The notes beneath the pieces were generated by a model, which saw only the letters and a program-made list of their open reading frames with translations, made no database searches and was not told the origin of the DNA. DNA of 62,574 nucleotides, the filler included, from Nemertoderma westbladi (lineage: Eukaryota; Animalia; Xenacoelomorpha), in NCBI GenBank assembly GCA_032718475.1. It is 3 parts of 3 records of this genome, joined end to end, with 100 filler letters (N's around TTAATTAATTAA, not from the genome) between each part and the next. Parts side by side here need not be neighbours in the genome. Positions count along the whole stretch, not along the records: positions 1 to 24,255 come from JAUCBJ010003727.1; positions 24,356 to 46,170 come from JAUCBJ010003892.1; 1 more part is not named here. The stretch is one strand, 5' to 3'. Both the position numbers and the translations under genes were made by a program. Within the stretch, counting starts at the first letter, position 1; each line of letters opens with the position of its first letter. This document shows, piece by piece, positions 11,382 through 24,451 of this stretch.

Positions 11382-13097
11382 GAGCGTAGCAAAAGGAGAA
11401 GTTATAAATACTCGTGGGCAAGAAAGTAAATCAACATAGTTAATATAATGATTAATGATCGACTTCTTGAATGTATCTTGTGCTGTCGCCGTGGCGTGTA
11501 GGCATATAATGTTTGCTGCATCGAGCACAGCTAGATAGAAGTTCGAATTATTAACACATTTGCAGCTCTCAAACTCAATAGATAGTCCGTCACCTCCCGC
11601 CAGGCCTGATATACCTATATACAATCACTGGGGAATGCTTTTAATTTCTTAAGCACATATCAGATAAGCAATTGCCCATTGCAACCGCACTATTATCTAT
11701 CAACACTTTGCACAATAGCCTGGTTATGTAGTTATACGTTAATTCTCTAAACTTCTCTATAAGCCCATTTGGGATAGGCCTTTAGCAAAAATGCAAATAT
11801 CAGACTCACGCCTGAAGTGTGTTTGTTTGTTTGTAGTTCAACTGAGTTGCTTACTTTCATTACAATGACTATAAACATAACGGTAAACCCCACCCCGACC
11901 ATAATACACAATAATGACAGTGTGGAGATTTCGTTAGCACCACATTTACTTAACTAACCGTTATAGGCCCTACTACTGTTAATTTGCTAAGTTAATATGT
12001 GCCTATGCGCATGTAAATATTCAAAGTTTCTATTGTATATCGATCGATATTAGGTTGAAGAGGTCGCTAATTACTAATACTAAGTGATAGTTGAATTCAT
12101 TTGCATCATCAGCAATAGTTATTGTCTATTTAACTTTTAATTACAAAAAAATGCGTAATATTTATTTAATGGTTGGTTGAGCTGAGGTTGGGGGCTGGTT
12201 TCAAATCTCAAATTATTTAAATTAAATAATTTGAGTTCAATATTAAAGCAATAACCCACTTATTACCTATTAGTCATTTCACAGGCTGAATTCGTTAAAC
12301 GAAAACAGATGACTTCATGAAATAATTGGATGACAACAGACTCATAAATGATGCTTTAGTAAACCACTAGCATGCACAACCCTGATAGCAATGAAGCAGT
12401 TGCATGGCTTTCAATGGACGCATGCTAAATCCTAAAAGCTATACCTTCATTCCCAAACAATATTAATTGGCCCTACACATGGTGTTTTATAACAGGCAAG
12501 CCAATACTCAATCCTATGCCCAGTATAGGCAGGCAGTCCCTTCATCAGATGTATCATAGGAAAAATGGGCCTAAAGAAGTATTACCAATGAAGATGCAAC
12601 TAGTGAGTGAATTCTGCCATATGGTACAACCACTTTGGACATAAAAATGATTGGTTTCAACGGGCTTGATAAAATCCTGAATACAGTAAGTAATATACAA
12701 TCAATAATTTGCGGACATTTCCGATTCTTCAAAATGGGTCTGTGGCATTGAATATTAAGGTAAAAATTTAAAGGAATCTATCCTTGACCACATCTTGACA
12801 TGAAGTCCATTGATTTCTGTGCCTGGTTATAATAGGGATGGCTCCGAATCATATGCCACATGTTACAGCGGAACAATCAATTCTTGGGACCCATTAGAAT
12901 AAAAATGGTGATTTAATTCATGGTTGGAATTAGCCTGGTTTCTTGAATAATAATTCAATTATTACAATCTTACATAAATGTTAAGGGCCGAATCACATGC
13001 ACAATCCCACAATCGTTTTAATTACTACTATTTAAATATTATGTGAAAAGCACCAGTTACAGAATGATGATTCCTAGGCATTAGTATACCTAAATGA

Positions 13098-16000
13098 AAC
13101 CACCATGGAATTGGTGGAATTGGTCTATTGATGAATCCAACTGCACATGCAGCATTGGACAAAATAGACCAAATCTCTAACCGCATCATCCGTTGCCACT
13201 TCTCATGTTCTGGAAGACTGACTAAGAAGTTTCCTAAGGTGGTTCTGATTGTGTGCTACTCTCCAACTAGTGTTGCCCCTGTAGAGGAGGTGGAAAATTT
13301 CTACCAGAATCTACAAGCAGCCACTGATGGAGTGGATCAGCATGCATTCTTAACATTCCTGGGAGACTTTAATGCAAGTCTGCATCACTCACCTACATTG
13401 CCCTGGGTCTATATCAATAGTGTTAACCGAAATTCTGTCCATCTTCAGGATTTTATCTCTGGAAATGGATTGTTTTCGGCTGGAACCCAGTTCAAGAAGC
13501 GAACTGGAAAGCTATGGACTCATAGTGGACGCAGTGGTCACAAGTCCCAGATAGACCATATCCTGTTTCGTAGGAAATACAGGAGCTCTATACAAGACTG
13601 TAATGCTTTACACTACGACCCTTCTCCAGTGATCACCGCCTTATTGTGGCCAAGGTAAGACTTAGTCTGCGTGCTAGCAGAACAACGAAATCTGCCTTGC
13701 CGCGGAATGACTGGTCCTCTCTGTTGCAACAGCCAAGTGTGAGATCCAGCTTCACACTACAGCTGAGCAACAGGTATGAGGCTCTTGCCTCTGAGGCGGC
13801 AGATCATTGTGAGGGCTATACTGCCTTTACAGAAGCAGTTAAGTTAGCAGCTGCAGAAACAGTTCCTGTATACCGTCGAAACAGGAAAAGGGCCCCCTGG
13901 ACTGACAACAAAATTCAGAAGTGCCGAAATGACCTATATAAGGCGCAGAAAGAGGCCCACTTTGAAAAGCTCCTCAATAATGACAGAGTATTGCCTGATA
14001 ACTTTATAGAAGTAAAAGTGTCTGAGTCTGTACTCCCAGATATTCCCATTGGTGATATCTCCTTCGCAGAAGTGAAGGCTGCTGCAAAGAGAATTAAGAC
14101 CAATCGTGCCAGTGGAGTAGATGGTGTTCCCGCTGACGTCTTTAAAATACCTGAGTGTTTAAAGCTCATCTATCCCATCATAGTAGACATGTACCGAAAA
14201 ACAAGAGTCCCACAAGAAATGAAAACAAATAAGTTGGTGCCAGTTCCCAAGAAGGGCAACCTAACACTCTATGGTTCTTTTCGGGGAATCTCATTGATCT
14301 CGATTGCTGCAAAGCTATACAATATAATTCTATTAAATCGCATCAGGGATCCCATTGAGAGACTGCTCCGTGGAAATCAGAATGGGTTCCGTAAGGGTCG
14401 TGGGACCATGGAGCCCATTTTGGCAATTAGAAGGATAATTGAAGAGTTATCAAAAAAGAAAGACAGGCATCTGGCTGATGTCTTTGTTGACTTCTTCAAG
14501 GCCTTTGATTCAGTCTCTCGCTCGCGTATGTTCAGCATACTTTCATTATATGGAATTGCTGATGAAATTATTGCAGCAATCAGATCAGTATACGATGGTT
14601 CGACAACATTTGTGTCTACTGTTGACGGTGACACAGTGTAAGTGTCAAATCTGTTGCCTTCGTAATTGTTAATTAATTGTGGACCTAATTATTTTTGTGA
14701 CACGCAAATAGCGGATAGTACTGACATCCAGACTGGACCGGTGTCAAAAGAGGGGAACTTCTGATTGTAGATTTAGGACTAAGACCGGTTTGCCGGCACT
14801 AGAAGGAAAATTTAGGGTAATACTGACTGTCAGACTTCGAAATGTTGTAGATTGTTGTATATCGAATTCTAAATTATAATGATTAGAAAAAACTGTTAAT
14901 TATTATTAACCGTGTTTGATGCCGATATAGATATATGACAGAACCCACCTTTTGCCACAGTTTGGTGAGTGAAAACCCTTCAATATTATTGATGTTGTTA
15001 TTGATATATTATGATACATTTATTAAGACCGGTACTATAGAAGGTTGGCTCTATAACGTTTGACATGTGTTTATTTGATACAGTTCTCATACGGTATTTA
15101 ATTTATTCACATTGCTGTACTGATTGTAGTAAGGAAGTACCGGTATGATTATATTTTTGATTGTCATTATTTTTTAGATAACCGCACTTCGAACTCCGCA
15201 CTTCGCATTCCACACTTCGCATTTTGTACACCCTAACGCAATGAAATATGAAAGGATACCGGTATATGACAATGCTTATGATATAATTATATGATAATGA
15301 AGTGAAATAAATAGACGGCCAGAGATAATTTGATAATAGATAATGTGCGCGTTTATTCGTACTGTGGTAACCTATTTCTATGAATTTCACCCTAATTAAT
15401 AGATCTACTAGAATTGACATTCGACCTAACAGTAAATAGATAGACCTCTGAAGCCTGACCCCTTCACACAGAACCATTTGAAGTGTTATGGGGCGTCCTC
15501 CAGGGAGACACACTTGCACCATTCTTGTTCATAATTGTTGTTGACTATGTTCTACGCATGTCCTTAGATCATCATAATGATGATGGGGTGATGATAACTC
15601 CACCTACTGGCTCCAGAAGTCGAGGAAATCCTGCCAAGTACCTAACTGATCTAGACTTCGCTTAGGAGTACTCTCAGAATCACTAGAGGGAGCCCAACGG
15701 CTCCTCAGCTCATTAGAACATGCTGCTTCTAGTGTTGGTCTTTTTATTAACTCCAGAAAGACCAAAATTTTGATAGTTAACTTTGAAAGTCCTCAGCAAG
15801 TCTCTGATCGGATGAGCATAAGCTCAAAAGATGGTATGCTTGAGCATGTGGATGACTTCTGTTACCTGGGATCATGGATCCGGAAGTCAGGTGAGGACCT
15901 TCGAATACGTAAGGGAAAGGCATGGGCAGCCTTAAATAGGCTTTCCAGGCAGGATTTGGAAGTCACCGAGAATTAATCGGAAACTTAAGGTCCGATTATT

Positions 16001-16467
16001 TAGAGCAGCAGTAGTTCCAGTACTCCTCTATGGGAGTCCATGCTGGGTTCTAACTGCTGAGGACACCAAATCTCTGGATGGCACATTTACAAGAATGCTA
16101 CGCCGGGTTCATTGTGTCAAGTACAATGCACACATCTCCAACCAGACACTATATAACATTGGAGGTGTCTCATTGGGTCCCCCCAAGCTTGACACTAGAA
16201 CAAAATCACCTCCGCTTTGCAGGACATTGCTTTCGCCGTGAGGACCAGCCAGTGCATAATCTTGTACTTTGGCAGCCTCATGGAGTGAATAGGCTTGGTG
16301 GACAGCCAATGACTTTCTTGAGACGCATCTTAAAGGACACTGGCATTGAAGATGCGGATGATCTAGCAAATGTCATGGGTGATAGGGAGTTGTGGCAGTG
16401 CAATTTTGTCGATAAGCCGGCACAGCATTCTTAAAAATGCAGCTGCAATGCAACATGCCGATCCTAG
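13098..16467 (+). mobile_element. RTE-clade non-LTR retrotransposon (APE + RT), 5'-truncated and frameshifted
   Basis: APE motifs CYSPT, GDFNA and SQIDHIL; RT motifs QNGFR, FVDFFKAFDS, GVLQGDTLAPFLF, LDFA* and YLGSW. 16-bp TSD TAGTATACCTAAATGA at 13082-13097 and 16468-16483. Confidence 0.93.
14637..15466. mobile_element. Solo-LTR-like insertion (830 bp) inside the RTE RT domain
   Basis: TG...CA termini with 5-bp TSD CACAG (14632-14636, 15467-15471). Removing it restores STVDGDT-EPFEVLWGVLQGD. Confidence 0.78.
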
Positions 16468-16739
16468 TAGTATACCTAAATGAGTGACTCAAAATAAAGA
16501 CCTGAGTATCAGACCATATAGGAACATAATGATTGGTATATTAATCATATATCATTAAAAAAGATAAAAAGTTTTTTCTGTATTGGATGTGCAATTAATA
16601 AAGTAATTCATCCCATCCCCCTAGATGTTCTATGCTAAGATCATCGCACCACAAGAAATTAGGATTATCAAGCTAGTTACTATCCATAAGAATGGATAAT
16701 GGCTAAGGCTATAATGGGCATATCGTGGAACCATCCTGA

Positions 16740-17670
16740 TTTCGATTGCGCCTCACCTAAGCAATTTAACATAATAATGATGTACCGTATAAGGGATCCT
16801 GTTGAAAGGCTCCTGCGTGTAAAAGAAAAGGGGTTTCGCAAAGGTAGAAAGTGGTACAATGAGGCACATCTAGACACTACAGCGGATCATTGAAGAATTG
16901 TCTCTGAGGAAAGACAGGCATCTCGCGGACTTCAAGATTTGAGTCCAATATTTGTGGACTTCTTCAAGGTCTTCGACTACGACAACACACAATACTTAAA
17001 TCCCTGCCATACATGTTTAAGATCCTTGACGCTTAAGGAATGACCGATGAGATAATAGATACAATCAAAGCAATGTATGATGGTTCCACAACATGCTGTC
17101 TTTACAACAGATGGAGATCGGAGATGCAGATCCATTTTTATGTGTCATGGGGTATCTTTCAAGATGACAAGGTGGCTCTTTCCCTCTACAATATTATTGT
17201 GGTCGACTGACTATGCCTTGCGAGTGACTTGGGAGATAATGCAATCAAATCTACTCTGAAGGTAAACTTATTCAGAGCAGAATAAGAACCTGTACTGCTA
17301 TATAGCAGCCCCTGTTTGGGTTCTTATTGAAGAAGCCACCAGATCAATTGACGGTATATATACCAGGGTTATACGCAGGGTTTCATGGCATAAGATCAAT
17401 GGTCACTTAACAAATGGTACAGTGTTAGTGTACAATCTCGACAACCTTATTTGATGTTGTTTTATTGCAACCGGCTGGTTAGATGAAGGGTGGTGTAGTT
17501 TATCAGCCATTGATATCGACATTACAGAACAGGGTGCTAACAGACACTGGTCTTGATATGATGTTACAAATGAATTGCTTATTTACAAGGATGATCGTTA
17601 ACTGTGGAGGTTTGGATTTGCGGCGGCGTCTGGCATTGCATCCTAGTGGGGGATGACCGATATATGTATG
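16740..17670 (+). mobile_element. Older, internally deleted RTE copy related to 13098-16467
   Basis: YRIRDPVERLLR..GFRKGR, FVDFFKVFD and further collinear RT and 3' patches with many stops. Confidence 0.75.
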
Positions 17671-18699
17671 TAAAGGTGGTAAACGGTTATCAATCAATAA
17701 CTAATGATTAAACCGGGAAAAAAACTAATTATAAATCTTACAACGAGTGCAGTATGGTGCCACTAAATTATTTAGATTGATTTTACATGACGCCATAAAA
17801 AATCAAAAATTTTTCTTGGCAAAACTCCTTATCTTAAACGAAATTAATTATTCACAATTTAATTCACTTCTTGCATGATAAATATGAAAACTTATAAACT
17901 TTATAATTTTACAAGTAGATTTGGGATTGCTGTATATTTTACAACGAACATAAACTACTTGCACCATTTAAAAAAAACTTAAAAGAAAAACCATTTTCTG
18001 AACCAAAAAAGGTCCACAAATAGTTGTTTTTCAACAATAAACTATTATGGCAAGGGAAAAAGACGCTTATTTTCCCGCCGACCCCGATATGTATCGCAGC
18101 ATTGTATAACTTTTACCCCGAAAAAAGTAGTCCATATGTATTTATATATGTGCTTATTACTCCCAAAAGGACAAAAATTGTAATAATAGATCTTTATGCC
18201 TCTCTAACGAGCGGATAGAAAGGCAATTGTAAGTATAAAAGTATAAAATGTTCTCCAACTCTGTGACATAAAATGTCATAGAGTTGGATCCAGAAAACTC
18301 CTTTGTTTCTTGTGTATCAAGATCAACCCACCAATACGGTAGAATCACAAACGTTGTGATAAACAGTGTAGCAAAAGTGTAGTCTATCTTCCATGAAGGC
18401 CTATAATACTCAATTCCTTAGGTGGGTTCCTCAATATCGTGCTATGGCAACCATCTGAAATGGACAAATATGTTGGCTGGCCAGCTCTTTCCGGCCAGAA
18501 GTTTCCTTTGACTGGTTCTCAAGGACTTTAGAAGATCGTCAAACTTAGAAAAGTCTGGGGCGGCTTCGTTTTTTGGTCTGCCGGTATTGCACTATCATGC
18601 CACCGATCATGTCACTTGTCATATTGCGTTGCTCAGTATATGTGAACGTATATCCAATACAGTTAATTGGTTTAAACCCCCAGCTAATTTATATACTAC

Positions 18700-19118
18700 A
18701 ACTACGATCTGCATGCTGCATTATATTTAATGCATTAAGATGCGTCTCAAGAAAATCATGGGCTGTCCACCATGCTTATTCGCTCCATGAGGGCGCCAAA
18801 GCACAAGATGATGCACCGGTTGGCCCTCTCGGCAAAAGCAATGTCCTGCAAAGCGGAGGTGGAGCATTCTTGCGAAAGTGCCATCCAGGGATTTGGTATC
18901 CTCTGCAGTTAGAGCCCAGCATGGACTTCAATATGAGAGTTCTGGTACTACTGCTGCCATAAATAATCGAACCTTAAGGTTCCGTTTTATGCTATGGGAC
19001 TTCCAATTCCTGGACAGACTATTTAACGCTGCCCATGCCTTCCCCTTACGTATCCGAAGGTGTTCACCTGACTTTCTGATCCATGATCCCAAGTAGCAGA
19101 AGTCACCCACGTGCTCAA
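18700..19118 (-). mobile_element. RTE 3' fragment, same family as 13098-16467
   Basis: DFCYLGSWIRKSGEHLRIRKGKAWAALN is nearly identical to 15850-15940. Confidence 0.85.
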
Positions 19119-22100
19119 GGGATAATTTATTTAGGTTCGAATTAAAGGGGTGGTTGACTTGTTGAGTGAGTAGTATTCACGCATGACAATCAATTTATTC
19201 AATCCTTTGTGAATAACCAACTGGGCAAACCTAATAAGTGCCTTTATAAATCAGTACTATATGTCCTACCATCAGCCATGTGACCTGGGTCACATTGATC
19301 AACTCTTGGGTGAGGGTTGGGTGTCCAACAAATAAATACCTAGAAAACAACACATTGGTGGCCCCAAGTTATAGAGGAGTCAACTAAAGTTAATCACTAG
19401 TTAGTAACAATAATGCAATGCCAGTTAGTTGGTCGACGACCTGGTCATTGTGTATCATTTAAAGGTTTATCCCATTTAGGAGTGATTCATCGTAAGTTCT
19501 TAGCGATAGAGTGAATATACTTATATTCAATACAAATTATCATTTAAATTCAATTGACCCCAGACCAAGACCCCACAGTTCTGGTTGAGGTGGGGTTGCT
19601 GGTGATGGAGGTCAGGGGCGGATCCAGGATTTTTTCACAGGGCAGGCGTGGGAGCCAATGACATTGGATTAAATCTTTTGCATAATGGGACAAATGTATT
19701 ATACCCACATATAATGATACAGACTTCTATGGAAATCTTAAGTCATACAACCCATGAAACGGTGAATCGATCGAATATCACCGAGATTCTTAGTATTCGT
19801 CCGGTCAATTGCTTATTTTGGCATATTTATTTATTTCGTGAAATTGTAATAACTCCATCACCAAAACAACCCTGTTAATTAAATAAAAAACAAGAATCTA
19901 TAACCTTGGAGGCAACTGATTCAAGGAGAGTGTGGTTATGGACAGTGCGCACTGCACAGCACAGGTTCACAGTGAATATGTATTACATATAAATGAAAGG
20001 TAAGAAGCGAAGTGGTCAGCCCTTGTTAATGCGACCCCTAACTGTGTGGCAACACGCGTCCCCTTTACTGCACACAGATAATGGGCTCCACGCCCTTTCT
20101 TTAGCGACGCAAAAACTCGCACAATAGAAAATACAGGCGCCCGTTTAAACTGTAGCGGTGGTTTGCTTTTATAAACGTAGCAATTACTTGCTTAAATGTC
20201 TCGCATATCTCCATCACAAGGCATTCTCAGAGTGAACGATTAAACCGACAAGTGGTTTTTGGACAGCGTTCCCAAACAGTCCAACAAAGTTGGTAGTTTT
20301 TAATTGTACACCTCAACTAAAGTATTGTCGTCAACGCCTTACTAGTTAGTTGCTTTTATTCTGATTATAATGAGTGATTATTTCTGGATTGAGGGCTGTT
20401 GACGGGTTTCTTGTGATAATGTATCGAACACAAACAAGGACTATTTGTTAAACATACACCGGCTTAATTATTTCCTAGTCATTAATTCTGCATCAGCTCA
20501 ATATTCAAGCTACCGCAACTCCTATATTTGGCCTTAGTATTTTTTAAATTTTTATACATAAACATTTATGTTGTTGAGCACTCGTCAGTCGTCACGCAAC
20601 ATATATACCGGTATATAAACCAAGTATAGTACTCTATTTTTCTATAGAAAATATTATACTTTTCTATTTTTCTATTTTTTTATATATTTCTAAAACGTGC
20701 TGTTTGTTGCCCTAAATACATAGGACTGCGACAGCATCAGCGACAGCATAGCTCAGTTGGACTTGCTTTCTTTTTTGCGCTAACGGCCAACTAAACGGAT
20801 GAATGTTTCTGTACGCCTGATCAGACTCATTGATTGTACGTTATGCAAATTACCGGCCCCTTTTTTCCAATTTAGTCATGATGGTTTTACATACAATTAC
20901 CTTTGTATCACAATATAAAACGGTTTTATTGGCCTATTGGTTTCTACTTATAAAGCCGACCAGGTGACTGTAGAACACACAATAGAATATATTTACGGTA
21001 TGACACGGTACGATCTTGTACCACCAGACCAGACCGTTACTACTTAAGAGAATTAGAATGACAGCTGACTGCTTCTAACTCATCTGCATAACAAGTATAT
21101 GTGCAATATGAATAAGCCTATGTATTCAAGAGTTGGTACTGCATACCGAAGTGGACAATTAAGGTATTAATAGATATACCAATTGTAATATTAATCAATC
21201 AATGACGTAAATTCTACAGTCAATGCAAAAATGTAAAATGCAAAGAAGTATGATGAATTTACACATATACTGTACATTTAATTCCGCATTCCACATAAAC
21301 TAACAAACATTGTCACAGCTCACAGCCTCCGACAATAGTAAACTTTTAAACATTGTCACTACTTCTTCAGACACTAATAAACTAACAAACACACTGTCAC
21401 AGATTGTCACAGATTCAGACACAGGTAAACTATCAAGCATTGTTACAGCATTAGAATAACGTGCCACTTATTCCCATGAAAATTACCCAGCTCAAACTCA
21501 CTGAATAATATTAAGATGAATTGCACAAAATGCAACCTTGGATCTCCAGTGCGCACGACCGACTCTAGGGTCAGTAATCGTGACACGGGCATATTTGGAC
21601 GCCGGACAATGCATTCCATTCGCTAAATCAAGTTTGACCCGGTAAGCTAAATTATTGTTATTTAGAAACGTGACAAATTCTTGTGAGTTAGGATAGGCTA
21701 TGGTGTGGGTAATGGAATTCCACAAACTAGGCTATTATGTTTAACAGCCAAGCCCTAAGAGAAATTATCTGGTATTCTGATGTGTTCCTAGGGCCCCAAT
21801 ATTTTATATATGAAATGCATAGTATTAGTTGATCCAAGGACATTTGATAAGACTATACAACACAACACAAACAACAAGCGACGTGTTGTGGCTTTTTATG
21901 TATATTGTATATATTATTAAGGATAGTACAAATAACCTTGCAGCATTGGAATAGCTGATATTACGTTAGAATTATTATGACAGTAAATTCATTATTTATG
22001 ATTAAATACTCAATGAAGTTCCCGTGAATAAATTATTAATTTGTAATAAGGCCCATTATGATCCGTTATATTATCTTGGGGTCTATAATTTAGCCATCCC

Positions 22101-23466
22101 ATCTTCTTAACTGATTCTGATATAGTGGACCCTAGGTAAGGTGTGAACATCATACCAACATTTATTTGATAGACTCATTTCAAATTATGAGTAGATATGC
22201 CTTTCTATTTGCACTGTGTATATTTCTTTAGCGAACATATTCTACTATTGTGATTGTAACATAATGACTGAAGTTGGTAGATCTGTAGATAACACGACAT
22301 GGGATTTTCAAACTTGGTGACGCATCATTCTAGAACAAGTCAAACAACGTTGTGGTGATATGTTTGTGTGCCTATTTTTATTTGTCTGTGTGTGTGATAT
22401 TTTGTTACAATTATTGGCAACTTTCCTAAACCCAAACGAACAGACTCACCAATCAGAATCATCCCTAGTTATATTAGTTCTCGTTACCCAATGACTCCCC
22501 GCTTATATGCGAGTCGCCCACATAACTTCGCAATATGTTCATCACCATTCATTGTTATCACAATAATATTACTTTTTTTAGGGTTTCTGGTTTGTTGGTT
22601 AATGGTTATGAAAAAAATATAATTTAAGAAGTAATTGAACTCTAACATCATGAGGTCTATCTAATCTAAGGGATTTTGTGGGAATCCGGACTTATTGCCA
22701 TTGGCCCGCCTGATTTATATAAATATATCAATCATGTTATGCCCTCGTTTATGGAAAGGCGATATTATCTTCCCATATTCACCCAATTCGCACACACAAT
22801 AACTAAGAGTGTATCTAATCGTGGTGTGTATACTGTGAATAAAATTCCTTCTTTATAGGTGCCGCCGGGGGCGAGGGTTTTGTTGTAATGCTTCTCTTCA
22901 TTTCGTTTATCATATTGGTGGAATGCGTTCGAGTTAGTTATCGATTTTTGCGAATTACTCAACTTGGCAGCGCCCATCGCATCCGTACGCCCGACCGCTT
23001 CTCTCCGGCCAATCCTCCCGAAAATCACTATAATTGAGCCACTCAATCCGAGCCGATTGTCATACTTGTCAGATTTTCCAAATATCAGGGATGCCCGGGA
23101 GGGTAGCTGTTCAAACATTACGTTGTGATGGAAGGCAAACACCGAGGACTTAGATTAGAATAGCGTAGATCGCAAGTTGGTAGGCCTACCTGTTCCTATC
23201 TATCTATATATATAAGGGTTAATGCGTCGCAGTATTTGCTCCGCCCTTCGCAACTTATTGATTTAACTTAAACAAGATTCCAAATCACACATTATCGCTG
23301 ATAGTGTAGGGTCCCTGTCAAACGCGTTCTGACTATGAAATTTCCTGGTTGACAGGAAGAATTCGATGGCTTAGTAGAGTAAACTTACGAATTACTTAGA
23401 AATCTTGAAAAACATAGTCGAGTCATCAAGTAGTAACTTTGGTAACAAATATAATGTAATTGCAAA

Positions 23467-23565
23467 GTCATGGGTGATAGGGAGTTGTGTCCGTGCAATT
23501 TTCTCGATTAGCCGACATAGCATGATGCATTTCAGCTGCAATGCAGCATGCCGATTGTAGATAGA
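23467..23565 (+). mobile_element. RTE 3'-end fragment
   Basis: GTCATGGGTGATAGGGAGTTGTG...CAGCTGCAATGCAGCATGCCGAT matches 16372-16463. Confidence 0.8.
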
Positions 23566-23666
23566 CAGATAGCTTGCTCCTGGAAGCCCAAGTGACCTCC
23601 GGTCAGGGATCCTTTCTGCCCAACACTATTTAATAGGAATGTATATGCCAAGTGAACACGAAAAAC

Positions 23667-23860
23667 CTAAACCTGATCTTGGCAACATATTAACGGATCC
23701 CCGAACTTACAACCGGTGCCAGGAGCTGTGATAAAGACGACCCTGTCCTCGCAGTTAACATGACGGTCCGATGTAATAGTCAACAACAATGAGCAAAACT
23801 GTGGTCTATTGGCTATGGTTGTGCCTTGAGCACACATTCTGTCAGTCTTGTACTGCACCG
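23667..23860 (-). mobile_element. Highly decayed RTE RT fragment
   Basis: Across frameshifts QGTTIA / IVVDY / VFITAPGTGCKFGDP aligns with QGDTLA / IVVDY / VMITPPTGSRSRGNP. Confidence 0.5.
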
Positions 23861-24002
23861 CTGGAGCAGTAGAAGGTTAATGGATTGGCCGGATAATTGT
23901 CTCCAAAAAAAACTGAACCTATTATTATATCATATTGGATGTTCCGATAAAGATAAAGATCAGGTCAGGTCAGGTATTCTAGGTCATTGATCAAGAAAAC
24001 TT

Positions 24003-24255
24003 GCCACCTCCATGCAGCATAAAGGAGGTGCCACCTGTAGCTGCATAGACCCTCTTACTAGGGCAAATCTGGTCCTGTAACTAGGACCACCTTCGTTCTG
24101 GGATAAGGACGCCCTTGGTCCTGGATTAAGGACCCATATACTTGGCTGCAGGGGTATATGGCCTGACCAGGCAGATGGTGATCTACCAATGGCTGGTCAG
24201 GAGTAGAGTGTTCTCATGTCCACTCTGAGAGCACTTCACTGCGACCTGCACCGGG
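24003..24255 (+). ncRNA. Candidate HDV-like ribozyme followed by a hairpin-rich leader (probable LINE 5' UTR)
   Basis: P1 ATGCAGC/GCTGCAT, P4 CCCT/AGGG, C-AA linker and P2 AGGT/ATCT, then five consecutive hairpins up to the gap. Confidence 0.45.
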
Positions 24256-24355
24256 NNNNNNNNNNNNNNNNNNNNNNNNNNNNNNNNNNNNNNNNNNNNT
24301 TAATTAATTAANNNNNNNNNNNNNNNNNNNNNNNNNNNNNNNNNNNNNNNNNNNN
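24256..24355. other. Assembly gap with artificial TTAATTAATTAA spacer
   Basis: 100-nt N run with a central 12-mer that gives stops in all six frames; identical to the second gap. Confidence 0.97.
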
Positions 24356-24451
24356 ATATTTGTATTAAAAATTCCAATGCGTCTTATTGCTGTACCGAAC
24401 TATATATATAATATCACCGTACTATTATGACATGGAAGCTTGAAAAATAAC

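Noticed and set aside
12284-12690. Exon-like block with faint resemblance to a Mutator transposase
   Set aside because: Stops in all frames and similarity too weak to call by eye.
21520-23037. Possible plus-strand exons (IAQNATLDLQC...SLTR; HPIFLTDSDIVDP; TM-like GFVVMLLFISFIILV)
   Set aside because: A stop precedes the first block and the splice phases do not connect to the TM frame, so a gene cannot be supported without a homology search.
24300-24311. TTAATTAATTAA palindrome inside N runs (also 46215-46226)
   Set aside because: Artificial six-frame-stop spacer. True gap size and adjacency across the gaps are not guaranteed.
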